This document shows positions 12,016 through 26,100 of a DNA stretch of 64,000 bases, piece by piece (position 1 is the first letter of the stretch; each line of letters begins with the position of its first letter). The position numbers were made by a program, and so were the translations under genes. The notes below the pieces were generated by a model that saw only the letters and a list, made by a program, of their open reading frames with translations, did not search any database and was not told where the DNA came from. The stretch is taken from contig NC_057719.1 in NCBI RefSeq assembly GCF_004010195.1, forward strand, positions 47,865,748 through 47,929,747, given 5' to 3'. Origin of the DNA: Chiloscyllium plagiosum (lineage: Eukaryota).

Positions 12016-12288
12016 GGGTGGCACAGTAGTTAGCACTGCTGCCTCACAGCGCTAGAGACCTGGGTTCAATTCCCACCTCGGGCAACTCTCTCTATGGAGT
12101 TTGCATATTCTCCCCGTGTTTGCGTGGGTTTGTTCCGGTTTCCTCCCACAGTCCAAAAATGTGCAGGTTAGATGAAATGGCTGTGCTAAATTGCCCGTAG
12201 TGTCAGGTGTCTGGGTGGGTTGCTCTTCTGAGGATCGGTGTGGACTTGTTGGGCCGAAGGGCCTGTTTCCACACTAAGTAATCTAATC
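12016..12288 (+). mobile_element. HE1-like V-SINE inside a PLE terminal fragment (about 11900-12435)
   Basis: V-SINE core; flanking PLE end with degenerate hammerhead near 12353. Confidence 0.8.
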
Positions 12289-13806
12289 TTTCTCCCCACC
12301 CCCACCCTTCTCTCACTTATCTCTCCACCCTTCAGGCTCTCTGCCTGTATTCCTGATGAAAGGCTTTTGCCCAAAACGTCGATTTTACTACTCCTCGGAT
12401 GCTGCCTGAACTGCTGTGCTTTTCCAGCACCAGTCTCGTGAGCTGATCAGTCAGCTTAACCTTCAGGGTGGAGAAACTGTGAACCAAAAGATTCAAGACT
12501 TGGGTGAACAAATGAAAGGTAGCAAATTTTTTTTGAGCAAATACTGTTTGATTAATTGGTTAATGAAATAAATCTGTATAAAATAGCTGATGCATATTAT
12601 GAAATTTCAATAGACTAGATGGAAAAATTAAAGTCCAATTTGATTAAAGTGACAATTTTATTGATTGAAACTTCTCCCTCAGCAAATTATCTTTTAAGAC
12701 TGGACAGCAGATTAGTGTTGGAACCTAATTATGTTTGAAATAATGATCTGTAATTTCAGTAGCATGGATCTTAAGTTTACAGAACTCAATCTAATGAAGA
12801 ATGAGAAATTTAGTGACATCTTTATAAAGGCATAAACAAATCAGAATCCCTACAGTGTGGAAACAGGCCTTTCTGTTTCCCCTTATTCTGACAAGAATTG
12901 CTATCTTAAAGCTACATGAAGAAAGAGACCTTGCAGTGTATACACAATTAGAAGTTGGTAGAACAAGTGCAGAAGGCTGTTGTACTGTGTATAGGATTTG
13001 TGGCTTTACTAACAGGCATTCAGTATAAAAAAGAAATTATATTTAAACTTCAAAATACACTGCTTTGGTCCAACCTGCAGTATAAAAGGATGGTAGGGAT
13101 ATAAAATGCAGAGGAAAATTTACTGGAAGGAAGTATAGAAGGTGCAGGAAAATTTTACAGGTAACCAATATTTTAAGAATTTTGACAAACCAAATGAGGA
13201 AAAACTTAAAGGTGGTAAAGTAACATTTAAGATATTTGGCTGGGGAGGGGGGTGTAGCAATGATTAGACCAATAGGCCTTCTGTTTGATTCATTTTTACA
13301 CAAAATATTGGTACACTTCAGTTTTGTTTTATAAGCCTGATGTGCACACTAACAAATATCAGGTCATCTTAACTGCAAAATCAAGTAAAACAGTCAGAGC
13401 TAACCTGATTGTACTTTCAAGTTCATTATAAAATTACATAGTGCACACCAAACTCTTCTGCCTGCTAATTTAGTGCACTTGAAGGGAAGGCCTGGCTTAT
13501 CAATCTCAAGCTTAATAATAGTGATTGAGAGTCAAAATTTATTGAGACTTACTTTTCTACAAAAGTGTAATACTTCTATCAAAAAGTGCTCCTGATGTTT
13601 CACTCTTAACAATTAATGTTTCACTTTCAAACAGATCGATTTGCACAGAAGAAAAATAGTTCCATTATACCCAACAGAATCTCATCAGTTGCAGTTTTGT
13701 GGTTTTTGCTTCGGAGCCATACAACAGTTTTTTTTTTAGGCACTATTCAAAGTGTCGTTTTCACACCTTTCCATTTTATTAGAAGTTTGTGATCCTGTGC
13801 AGCAAA

Positions 13807-14116
13807 TCAGCGATGTCCATAATATTGTTTCCACCACGACGTAACAGAAGCTGCTGCAGAAGAGATCATACCACCCGTGCTGTTGCTATTGCTGAGTGGC
13901 TGAGATACTAGCATGGCTTGACTTTGCAGTACTTCTATGGGCTGAGAAGGGATATCATAAAATTTAGGACTAGGTACAGTCTCCCAATCTGTTCCCAAAT
14001 CAGTTTCTTCGTCAGTTATATATTCATCACCACTTTCATCTGTCTGAGCAGCAATACTTGGGTCTACTAGCTCCATGGAATCTTCAAGATCAGCACTGAT
14101 TTCAAAAGGCCCAGAT
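13807..14116 (-). CDS. ATG14: ATG14 exon 10 (BATS domain, stop)
   Basis: tag|[20 protein letters not shown]...[12 protein letters not shown]...[20 protein letters not shown]. Confidence 0.96.
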
Positions 14117-17100
14117 CTAAATTCAAAAAACATTATAGTTTAGACATATACAATACTGGGACATTCTCATGTTGATTGTTTCTCCCCCCACAGGACTGTT
14201 GTAAATTACCAGATTTCAAAGCACAAGTTGTAATTCTGATCAAAATACCATGCCTGTATGAATTTAGTTATGACTCATTTGCTGTTACATTAGGGTATGA
14301 AAGGGTTAACTGGTGTTTTGCAAACACATGGCAGGTAAGGGTACAATGCAGATGACAAATTGGTATAGTGGACAGTGAAATGTTATCTAAGATCTTTATT
14401 AATTGGATCAATGGGCTGAGGAGTGGTAGATGGAGTTTAATTTGGATAAATGAGAGATATTGTATTTTGGTAATACGAACAAGCATAGGGTTTCTACAGA
14501 ACTACTCAATGCCCTACCATAAATTGTATAACAGACTTTGGGATTCAGGGACATAATTCTTGGAAGTTTGTGCCACATGTAGACAGCATGGTTAAAAAGG
14601 TGTTTAGCATGCTTGCCTTCATGTCCTAACTCCTATATTCAAAAAGGTCTAGGCAATCAGGTTGAGGTTCTACAGGACAGTGGTGAGGCCTCTTCTGGTT
14701 TATTCGATGCAGTTCGTGTCACCGTGTTTTAGGAGAGATATCATTACAACTGATGAGGGTTCAGAAAAGATTTACCAGGATGTTGCTGGGAATAGAGGGC
14801 TTTCGATATAAAAATAGACAGATTTTTATTCCTTGGAGGGTAGAACGTTGAGGGGTGACCTTATGGAGACTTATAAAAGCATGTATACAGGTGGTTTTCA
14901 GATGATACCAAAATTGGTGGGGTAGTGGACCCTGAAGATGGCTATGTCAGACGACAAAGGGATCCTGATCAGATGGGCTGAAGATTAGCACAGTGTTTAA
15001 TTTAGACAAATGTGATGTATTTCATTTTAGTAAGGCAGAGCAGGGTAGGACATAGATACTTAAGGGTAGGGTCCTGGCATGTGTTGCTGAACAAAGAAAC
15101 CTTAGAATGGAGGTTCATAATACCTTAAAAGGAGTAGTGGGAAGACAGGGGAATGAACAGGCAGGAGGCTAGAAGAACACAACAAGCCAGGCAACATCAG
15201 GTAGTGGAGAAGTTGACATTTGGGTGTAGGGAGAGCTGCAGATAAAAGGAGTCATAGGAGCAGGGTGATGAAGTGGGATAGGTGAAGACAGGTACAGGCT
15301 ATGACTTGGTTGGTCAATGGGCAGAATGAAACTGTTAGTGGCAGGAAGGAGTGGATTGGATGTGGAAGATGAGGTGCTGTTCCTCTAATTTGTGCTGTGG
15401 CTTGTTGTGGCAATGGAGGAGGCCAAGGATGGTCATGTCAAAGAAAACGGCTGGGGAACAGAAATTGGTAGTGACTGGGTTACGTTTAGTCCCCCCAATG
15501 TAGAGAAGACCACATCGGGAGCACCTGCTGCGGTAGCAATTTGTGGTGCGGTTTGCTGTAGGGTAATGAAGGCAGTGTTTAGTACGTGTGCCTTTATTGG
15601 GCAGTACATTGAGCATTGGAGTTGGGATGTCATGTTGCAGATGTACAGGACATGAAAAGCAGTATTGCAAAAATGGCTTAATCAAATGTAGTTTCCCTGC
15701 TGCAAGAAAGTAGTAGTTAAACTTGAAAGGGCTCAGAAAAGATTTACAAATGATGTTAAATGAAAATAGTAATTGCTGGAAAAGCTCAACAGGTCTAGCA
15801 GCACCTGTGGAGAGAAATCAGAGTTGATGTTTCAAGTAATCCTTTGCCAGAACAGTTCTGGAGAAAGATTTATAAAATCATAAGGGGCAGGGATAGCTAA
15901 GGTCTTTTTCACAGGGTAACAGAGTCCAAAACTAGGGAGCATAGGTTTAAGGTGAAGGGGGGGGGGGGGGGGGGGAAGAGAGGAGATATAAAAGGGACCG
16001 AAGAGGCAATTTTTTCAGCAGAGGGCAGTGCATGTAGGCAATGAGTTGCCAGGGGAGTTGCCTGGTATAATTACAACATTTAAAAAGGTTACATTAATAG
16101 GAAGGGTTTGAAGAGATATGGGTCAAATGGGACTAGATTAATTTAGGACATCTGGTGGGCATGGACAATTGGACTGAAGGATCTGTCTCAGTGTTGTGTA
16201 ATTTTGACTCTACAAACTGTATAAATCCTGCCCTGGTTTTGAAGTTAAAAAAAAAACCCAGAAAGAAGCATTGTAATAGGAGGTAAACTACTCAAGGCTT
16301 ATCTATTTGTTTCAAAACTTAGTTTAAGATTCAACTTACCTGCCCAGGCTTTTATTTTCAGGACTAACCAAATGCATAATATTTCGGAGTGTGTGCAAGG
16401 GATGCAACTGCTCAGGGTTAACGTGCTGTGTGATAAGGAAATATTACAAAACATCAATATTAAATTAAGCTGGTGGGAGCTCTTAGAATTTCCTATACAC
16501 TACCATAGTACATTGTAAACATGATTTAAAAAATTAACAACCCTATAGTAATTTTTCAGTTCTTCGTAATTCAGTCAAGCTGCAATAGTTAGAAGTCTTA
16601 TTCAGTGTAAAGCTGGTAAAGCAGTTTTTTAAACTTAATTTGAGGTATAATTTTTATGTAACATCTAACATGGTACCTGTGAAAAACAGAGATGTAGGAT
16701 GTTTGTGTTTAGCTTATTCACCGCTCGAATGAACTTCTTTCTGCTCATATTCTCTTCACAAAACTCACTGGAGAAGACAAATCATCTTTGTAATACAACA
16801 CTTTACAGTCCATTTTAGAAAAACAATGTTAAACTTGAAATAAATGTTTTGAAAAAATGTTTTCCAAGTAGAAGAGCTAGTCCAAAATATCAGCACCACT
16901 GTCATGCATAATGGCATTTCAAAGCTTGGCAATATTTTAGAATCAAATTTAAAATCAACAAATCAATAGACAGCCTTTTGGCAATAATTTAGCTTCATTA
17001 ACTGTAAAAAGAATGGTTAGCTATAGTAATTAGACTTGAGGTGGCAGACAGTTTAACATTTCACACTACAGAAATGGTGGAGAAAAATGATAAGAACCAT

Positions 17101-20100
17101 TACAAGCTACTTCTGGCCTTCACTTCTCCTCAGCTACAGCTCTCTTCTGATGTAGTCAAAAGTGGAAGAGAAAGTTATATAAAAGCCTGGAACACATCCA
17201 CCATAACAATACAGGAAGCAGGTCTGGGGAGCTCAGCTTCACAGCTGGATGTGGCTACTGCCACTTGGCCTTTCATAAGTCAAGAACCAGCTGCCATCTA
17301 TATATGAAATTCAAACTATTCCCAGGAAATTGGAGGATGCTAGCATTGTTCCCTGTACTTCTAATCACATAGTATGACACAATGAGTTACTTATTAATCA
17401 CATGCAGAAATAATAAGCATAGTATGTCAGTATATGGGTGAACCAGCTCAAGTACAGGGTAAGCTATGAAGATTGGGAGGAGTTTGGATTAGTGAGCAAA
17501 GGTAATAGTAGAGTAGGATGTAATGTGTTTGTTCCCACCTTAATCCTAAACTTGCATGCATAGCTCTCCTCCCATGTTGGGCTGGAGATGGCATTTATTA
17601 GGAGAGGTTGTGGTTGCTCACTATGCAGTTTATGCACACTTACCACCATTTTCATATCCTCCTCCCTTGTGTATTCTGATTACTCATTTTCATATGCGTA
17701 AGATACTGACTTTAATTCTAACATTGAGCATATCCCACTTCTTTAGGTTTTAGTCTTGGTCCAACTATGTATAAATTTTGGTTTAATTTGGACTAAAGTC
17801 AGTCAAAAGCTCTGCAAAATTTGTGTCTTGGTGTTCAAGATATGGATAAATTAATAACTTTCTTTTAGAACAGTTATGATTTCATTCTCCTTAAAAACAG
17901 ATTTAACCCAGACACACAACAATATCAGAGGTTGATTTGGCTTGCTCACAAAATTACATCAGAAGCATTACATTCTCCATGCAAGAAAGGGAAAGATGAA
18001 CCTGATTACCAGTTTTTTTGCAATAGAGTATCCTGCCTGCATATCAATACCATGTGAGGAGAAAGTGAGGACTGCATTGAATACATGTGACAACAGAACA
18101 GACAGAAAAGTACTGCAGCTGCTATCAAATGTAAATTAAAACAAAAGTCAGTTTTACATAGGAGGTTAGGTAGCATCTTCAGAGTTATGCTGTTAATGTT
18201 ACAGGCCTGCTCAGCTAAAGAAATTTTTAAAAAATGTTGGTATTATGACGACAAGATTGCAGTGGCTGTAATGCTCCCACAGTCAGATAAACTGGACACT
18301 GATTATGACTAGGCTATCAAAAAATTGTCATTTAAGTATAATGATGGGGATTAGTGCTTGTTAAACCAAATTGCACAACTATTCACATGCACGAGTGAGG
18401 GGGGGGCGGGAAGAGAGAAAGAGAGAAACTGTAAATGAAATAAACATTTTATATTCTACACTGTTTGTTTAGCATTACTGTATCTTGGACAGTCAATGAC
18501 AGAAAATGAAACCACCTCTCTCTGCCCATTTGTGTCTGTTTCATTGTCTTTTACCTTCTGTCAAAGGAAGTTTCTTTTACTATTTCTTTTTATTCATTGT
18601 GACTTTTTATTTTAAACACCAAGGCATTTCTAACAATCTAACTGCTGTTGTATTAGTTTTACAATAGTAAAACACACAGTAAGTGACTCTTAATCCAGTC
18701 AATGACTCTTAACCCAGTCAAGAGTTAAAAATGCATGTTTAAGCATTGCCACAGTTATGGCTTAATTTTAGGATACTTGCCTGTTGCAAAGTCTTTTGGG
18801 AAGATTTACATCAAGAATGTGAGATAGTATATTTGCTAGCTGTGTGGCATAGCACAGTGCTGCACTGATGGTATAGGCAGGATTACTTTGCTCCATATCT
18901 GAAAAGAAAAAACAATACAAGGCAAGGTAAACATTGAAAAAAGATCTACAAAGATTAACTTCAAAATCTTGAATATCACAACAATGAAAACACTGTATTT
19001 ATATGTCTTTAACATTGTAAAATGTCCCACGGGACTTTAAGAACAGAACCAGACAGCATTTATACAATGCCTTCAAATGTAGTAAAATATCCCAAGGGAA
19101 TTCAACAGCAGAGTTATCAAACAGTACATGAACAAAACCATAATCAAAAAAGAGGTTAGAAATGAAAGTGCCTGAAAATGAGCATTTGATGAAAAAAGTC
19201 ACAAATTTCTGTGACAAGAAATCAGACACACATTATACTGAGCAAACTGACTAATGAGGGGACAAATAATTATAGGACTTTTTATGGTCGGCAGGAAAGG
19301 GCAATTATTTATAGTTCACTTCATCAAGTATTTGGATATCCTTACCAGGTAGGCAAGATAATTGTTTTTGTTTAAGTCTAGACCACAGATTTTAGGTTGA
19401 AAGTGCAAACTTTGTGAATTGTACAACCGGAATATAAACTTGCATTACAAACAGTTGAAACAATAAAACAGAGCATTTTCATCTGATCGATGAAGATAAC
19501 TTCTAGTCAAATTGCTCAAATATTTTCAGTATACTTTTACTTGGAAGACAAAAATATTTTATGAACAATTTCCTGTGAAAGGACAATATACCAAAATTAT
19601 GCACATATTTGTATATGACCACAGTACTGAGGCAACCATTTAATGACTACTGCAGTTGAGAGAGACAGGCAGTGGGGTTGGGTGGTTACAGCCAGAGGTG
19701 GCCACTACAGAAACAGAGACAGGGCAGAGAACAAAAAACACAAACAGCATACTACTTCTCTTCCTTGTTAATCCTCCCCAGTTCTAGTACTGGAGTTATA
19801 ACTATTCACCTTCAATACTGCACTCAAATTTTCCTGCACCTGATTAACACATCACACTTATTATTAAAAACGAAAGGAATAGATCAGTGCCCTGCAATTC
19901 CCTGGGAGCAGTTCACACTGCAGACTTGACTGCAGCCAAAAACAGACTCAAGAGGCAGAATGGCAGCAGTCAGTTCAGACACAAAACGAATGGTACTCCA
20001 GGCTTTATTTTTGGAGGAGATTTTCAGGGTTCTGATACTATTTCCTCCATGCTGGAGAGTCCAAGGGCAGACAAAAGTCAGGTAAAAAGTTATTCAAAAG

Positions 20101-23100
20101 TCAGACTTCTGTTAAATGGAAACTCTGTCCCTCCAGGGAATACCTTAAAAGGAGAGAGAGGTGGCAGCATGGAGAGAAATTCCAGAGATGAAGGGATAGG
20201 CAGCTGAAGGTTGTTTGGAATCCAGGATCAAATAAAGTCAGGTGTGCCAAAGACCAGACTTGAAGGACCACAAAAATGTCAGAAGGTTGTAGGTTGGAGA
20301 AGAATACAAGAAAAGGGAGAGAATCTGTGTTAATTTTTGAATACTCTGTAGGTTCCAGATATTTGGATTAAAATAAAGTATCAATATAACAAATTACTTT
20401 TGAAGCTATGAAGTAGTAATAATTTGTTTTTTTTTAAAAAAAGTAACAACGTTTTTGAGAATCAATGTTGCAACAGTTATTCATATCTATTCTTAGCATC
20501 AAAACTTGACTTATGCCATAAGTCAAGTTAACTAGAACAATATTCAGCTTAGAACACAGGCACACAAAGGCATAGGTTTCTTCCCTTATGTGATTAATGA
20601 AGATTTACACATGGCCAGCAACACCTGGATAGGCACGAGTAACATAAGAATTACAAAAGAAAATTACATAACTGAACTAGAAATAAGTGCAATTAAACAT
20701 GGAGATAATAACTTTCCAGGTGATGTCATCAAATGCTCATTTAATGAGGAAGACAGCATTTTCTGTTGAAAAATAACAGCAAGCGAGATCATTTAAATTT
20801 TCCACAGCACGTGTTGACCATTCCTGGTTTGATGGAGGTTACATTCTCTCAAAAGAAAATGCAGCCGAGACGAGGAGACACCTATGTCATGATATTTCAA
20901 TTTAATCTATTAACCATGTCGATACCCTCCAAAATGAGACCAGTGGTCGAGATAATGGACAAGTTGTGTCCTAATGCACATTTAGCTTAAATTAGTTGAA
21001 AGTACTTTGTTAATGATACTCTCAGAAGAATGATAGATTATTACTAATTCAGTGCATTGCCTGTACTATTCAGCATTTCATAGTTTGTTCTTCTGAACTT
21101 TTCATTATAGGCTTAAAAGAATGTTAACAATTTTCATACACACGCAAGTCTTGTGATTGTTTCAATCTTACTTGAAGTTGGAATGCATAGGAAAATTCTT
21201 TTAAGAATTAATTCCTAAAATTTCAAGGAAGCCAAAAAAATTATGAAAATATACTTCAAAAGGAATTTCAAAGAACCGTTTATTATTAATTTATTGGAGC
21301 ACATGACCAAAGATTTTCTTACATTTCAAAGAAAGATAACATTTCCAAGGTTTGAGAAGTTCAGACTATTCATTGATCAATTTAGAATTCAAAAACTGAA
21401 ATAATCTAGTTAAACAACTTAGAACAAACCCCAAAATGTAAGTGCAACAATCTATGCAAAGATTATACAAGATGGATTCCTTATTCTACTGGCACCAAAT
21501 CTTTATAAACATTATTGAAAAAGCACATCTTACATGAATAAATATTTTACAATGATGGCTGCCCAATGTTGCAAATACATCAAGATGTTGTTTTAATGGT
21601 TAACTCTTGATTTCTGATTAGTTAGACTCCCGACAGTATGGAAACTGGAGCACCCGGAGGAAACTCATGCAGACAAGGGGAGAACGTGCAAACACCGCAC
21701 AGACAGTTGCCTGAGGCAGGAATCGAACACTGGTCTCTGGCGCTGTGAGGCAGCAGTGCTAACCACTTTGCCACCGTGCCGCACATAAACGATTAGCCAA
21801 ATAATGCGTTCAGTTCATTTCTAGTGACCATGTAACACTGATTACATGGTCTTCTAAATGCAAAGGGGATCTTTCCCTCCTTATGACCTTATGAACTCAG
21901 GGGGTTTTGCCCAAATGATCCACCTTGGTCTTGTGGAACTGTTGGCTATCACTTCCCAGCTTTTTAGCACAGCCTGTGGCTATGGATTGCAATGGTGGCT
22001 CTGATTCTTCAACGCTGTTCCTACCAAATTCTGTTCCAATTCTTGGCAGCTACTCATCTCTCTCTCTACTAACTCTCTTGGAGGCTCCTCAAGCTCAGGG
22101 GTCCTGCCAGTTGGTCCGTGTTGCTCTTCCTCTTCTCTGACCAGCATCAGAAACTTCCTACTCAAGTGCTGTGGAAATCCTGATGCATGAACATGCCCAC
22201 AAAGTTTAAACCTTTGCTGGGTAATTCCTCTGTGCTCTCCGGCTGGAGGCAAAGACTTTGGATGAAATTCTGCAGAACTCACCTGGGTAGTTATCCAGCA
22301 ACTGTTAGATTAATACCTGGATAATTCCATAACTGACTCCTCAACCTGATTACCTTTCCAAACCAGAACGGGAATACCTTCCAACCTGTCTAGTTCCCTA
22401 TTCCTCCCAGCCACCTGACTGCCTTCCAAACTGGCTCGATTACCCCCTGACCTGACACATCTACCCCACATCTCTCCCAGCAATTAAGTCTGCATACCCA
22501 TACTAACTTGACTACATCTCTGGATTCACCCCATTCATGTTGCCCTTTTGCTTTCACATCTACCCATTTATTTGCCTATTTACCTCACCTAGTGAATAGA
22601 TTAGTGACTAAACTAAAGATGAACCTTTAAACATACAACAAGCTAGTGCTGCAAAAGGGAGTCATGTCCTCGTACCCCCTGAATCTACCCCAGTCTGAGT
22701 TTCAGAGCAGCAGTAATAATTCAATAATGATAACATTTAGGATTATGTCAACTGACAGTTATTGAAAATGCATGCTTTTTCTAACTTTCTATTTGCTAAC
22801 TCAGTTTTCGAATCAATTTTTAAATGTCAGGCAATTTCAACAACGATTTCAAAACGATTCTGCAGACCTTAGTCATCCTTTACAAGTCTTACATGGATTG
22901 TAAAAATTTCTAACTTGCAGATGCAAAGTAAAGCTCCTGTTTCAGCAAAATTGAGACTGTTTAACTCCATGCTTAACTCAATAGCCACTTGATTTGAGCT
23001 CCCCTCTGTAAAGGTTCCATCATACACCATTCCTTAAAACTCAGAAATATAGGTTCTGTTGGAAATGGTCATGAGGCTTCTGAATCTGGGTTCTCAGCAC

Positions 23101-26100
23101 CACAACTGTGGAGTCTCATGACTCCCATCTATTCTCAGCCTATGAGTCTAGGAGCTACAACGGTGTCAGAACAACCATACATTTCACTGTCTTTGGGTGG
23201 AACCTTCCCAGGTTCAGAGGTATAGAGCTGTACAGCATGGAAACAGACCCTTTGGTCCAACTCATCCATGTTAACCAAATGTCCTAAATTAATCTAGTCC
23301 CATTTATCAGATTTTGGCCCATATCTCTCCAAACTCTAGAGATAACAAATGCTGGAATCAGTGGGTCAGACAGCTTCTCCTCTCTCCATGGATGCCGTCC
23401 GACCCACTGTGATCTCTGGCGTTGGTTGTTTTCAGCATCAGCAGTAATTTGCTCCGTCTCAACCCTTCCTATTCATATACTCATCCAGATATCTTTAAAA
23501 TTTTGCAATTGTACCAGCCTCTACTTCTTCTGGCAGCTCATTCCATACATGCACCACCCTCTGTGTCAAAGTTGCTCCTTGAAGACTTTCCTCTCTCACC
23601 TTAAGCCTATCCCCTCTAGTTTTGGGCTCTGCAACCCTGACGAAAAGACTTTGGCTATTCACCCAATCTATACCCCTCATGATTTTGCAAACTTCTGCAA
23701 GGCCACACTTCAGTGTCCAGTGCTCTTCGGAATAGTTCCAGCCTATTCATCTTCTCCCTATAGCTCAAACCCTCCACGCTCGCAACATTCTTGTAAATAG
23801 ATTCTGAACCCTATACTTCCTATTGCAGAGACCAGAATTGCACACAGTATTCCAAAAGTGACCTAACCAATGTCCTATACAGCCGCAACATGACCTCCCA
23901 ACTCCTATACTCAATGCTTTGACTAATAAAGGAAAGCATACCAAATACCTTCTTCACAATCCTGTCTGTCGACCTACAACTCTACTTTCAAGTAACTATG
24001 AACCTGCATTCCAAGGTCTCTTTGCTTAGCAACATTCCCCAGGAGCTTACCACACAAGTTTTGCCCTGATCTACCTTTCCAATTGCAGCACGTCACATCT
24101 ATCTAAATTAAACTCCACCTGCCACTCCTCAGCCCATTGGCCCATCTGATTAAGAACCCATTGTGCTCTGAGGTAACTTTGCTCATTATCCACTACACCA
24201 CAATTTTTGGTGTCAACTGCAAACTTACTAACCATACCTCCTATGTTCACATCTAAATAATTTATATGAATGACAAAAGGAGTAGACCCAGCACTGATCC
24301 TTGTGGCACACCACTGGGAACAGTCCTCCAGTCTGAAAAGCAACCCTCCTCCACTACCCTGTCGCATTTCTTCAAGCCATTTCAGTATCCCAAAGGCTAT
24401 TTCTCCCTTTATTTCCTGTGGTCTGACCTTGCTAACGAGTCTAGTGTGTGGAAACTTGTGAAATGTCTTAAGTTGTTAAGTGAGATTCATGGTGCCTCGT
24501 CCACCATCACCTGCAGTGACACTTCTAATAAATCTTCCACTCTTCCAAATTAATTGTGTAACCAAGCTCTTTGATGCCTCCTCATTCAATTAAGAGACAC
24601 ATGTGGAAATGCTCACCCCCTTGGCCACCTTCCGGTGTTTATGCCACTGTCGCCATATTTAAAGCCAAGTTGCACAGCAAGCTAGCAACAACGCTTCACT
24701 TACTGGAGATCCACCATTATATTTGAAGACACGGCCCAGAAAGCAAAGCCATCCTTCAATTCAGGCCAAGGACATTGAGCTGTTGGTGATTGGAAAAGCG
24801 AGTCATTTCTTTTCCTGGATAGGAAGCAACCGCAAAACACAGCCAGCCTGAATACAAACAATAGGCCAGGTCACTATGTCTCAAAAAGGAACACACTGCA
24901 GTGCAGGATGTGGTCAGTGGTCTTCTGCACTACCAAGATATGTGCCATTAATCTCTGCTACCCTTCACTCACAGGGTACCACTCACTAACTCTGCCATTT
25001 CACACATCTCTCACCGAAACTCATGAACTACAGTATTTTATTCATGATGTGCATCCAATGGCTCCCATCCACATCATCCTCCCAAACCAGTAAATATTCC
25101 CACCCTTTACACTTCTTTCTTACTTATTGCAAAGTTCTCACTATCACTCCTGCATCTCCATGATCACGAACTTTATTTCAATGCACTTCCAACATAGCTC
25201 AATCCTCCTTTAGTTTAACTGCTCAAGAACAACAAGACCCACGGATAGGTGAATAGCCATGGTCTTTTACACAGGGTAGAGGAGTCCAAAACTAGAGGGC
25301 ATAGTTTAAAGCTGAGAGGGGAAGACTTTAAAAAAAAAGGGACTTGAAGGGAAACTTTCAAATGCAGAGAGATGTACAGAACAAGCTGCCAGAGCTGGAA
25401 GAGGCGGGTACAATTAAACCATTTAAAAAGCTGCTGGATGGGTACACGAATAGGAAGGATTGGGAGGGAAATGGGCCAAATTATGGCAAATGGGACTATG
25501 AACAGCTTAGGATATCTTGCCGGCACGGACAGCTTGGACCAAAGAGTCTGTCTCCATGCTTTACAAGCCTATGACTCTATACATACATAACCTTTTCAGT
25601 ACCTCTATTTCCATTCATACATTAAACATTTGAAATAAACGTAACTTAGCACCCTGAAGTTTATTGTGAAAGTGAAAACATTAGTGACTTTCCAAAATTG
25701 CTAAACAGACATCAAAATAGCTATTCAGTGAATAGAATGTGCAGCCTTAAATATACTCAGCATACATAAAAATCTCACCTGGTGCTTGTGCAGTCTTTTT
25801 TTCTTCCACCCAATTGTAATAAGCCGAATAATCCCCATTGCTAGGCAAGTAGATCCAGGGGCCTACAATCCCTATATTGGTTTCTCCATTGTTGTCATCA
25901 CAGATCCATCTACCAGAGAGATATGTAGTTCTCCTTGCCTCTGCCAGCTCACTCACAGTACTAGAAGTCATACCACTGTCAGATTCAAATGTTGCATCTG
26001 CTGGATCCCTTGCAAAACCAAGAAAAAAAACAGAACCATGTTATCTATATGAACTGAACATATTACAATCCCTAACTAATTTGATGACTGTGCTGTATCA

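Noticed and set aside
19574..20476. Possible solo LTR (TGT...ACA) in ATG14 intron 6
   Set aside because: No TSD or second copy visible, so it cannot be supported.
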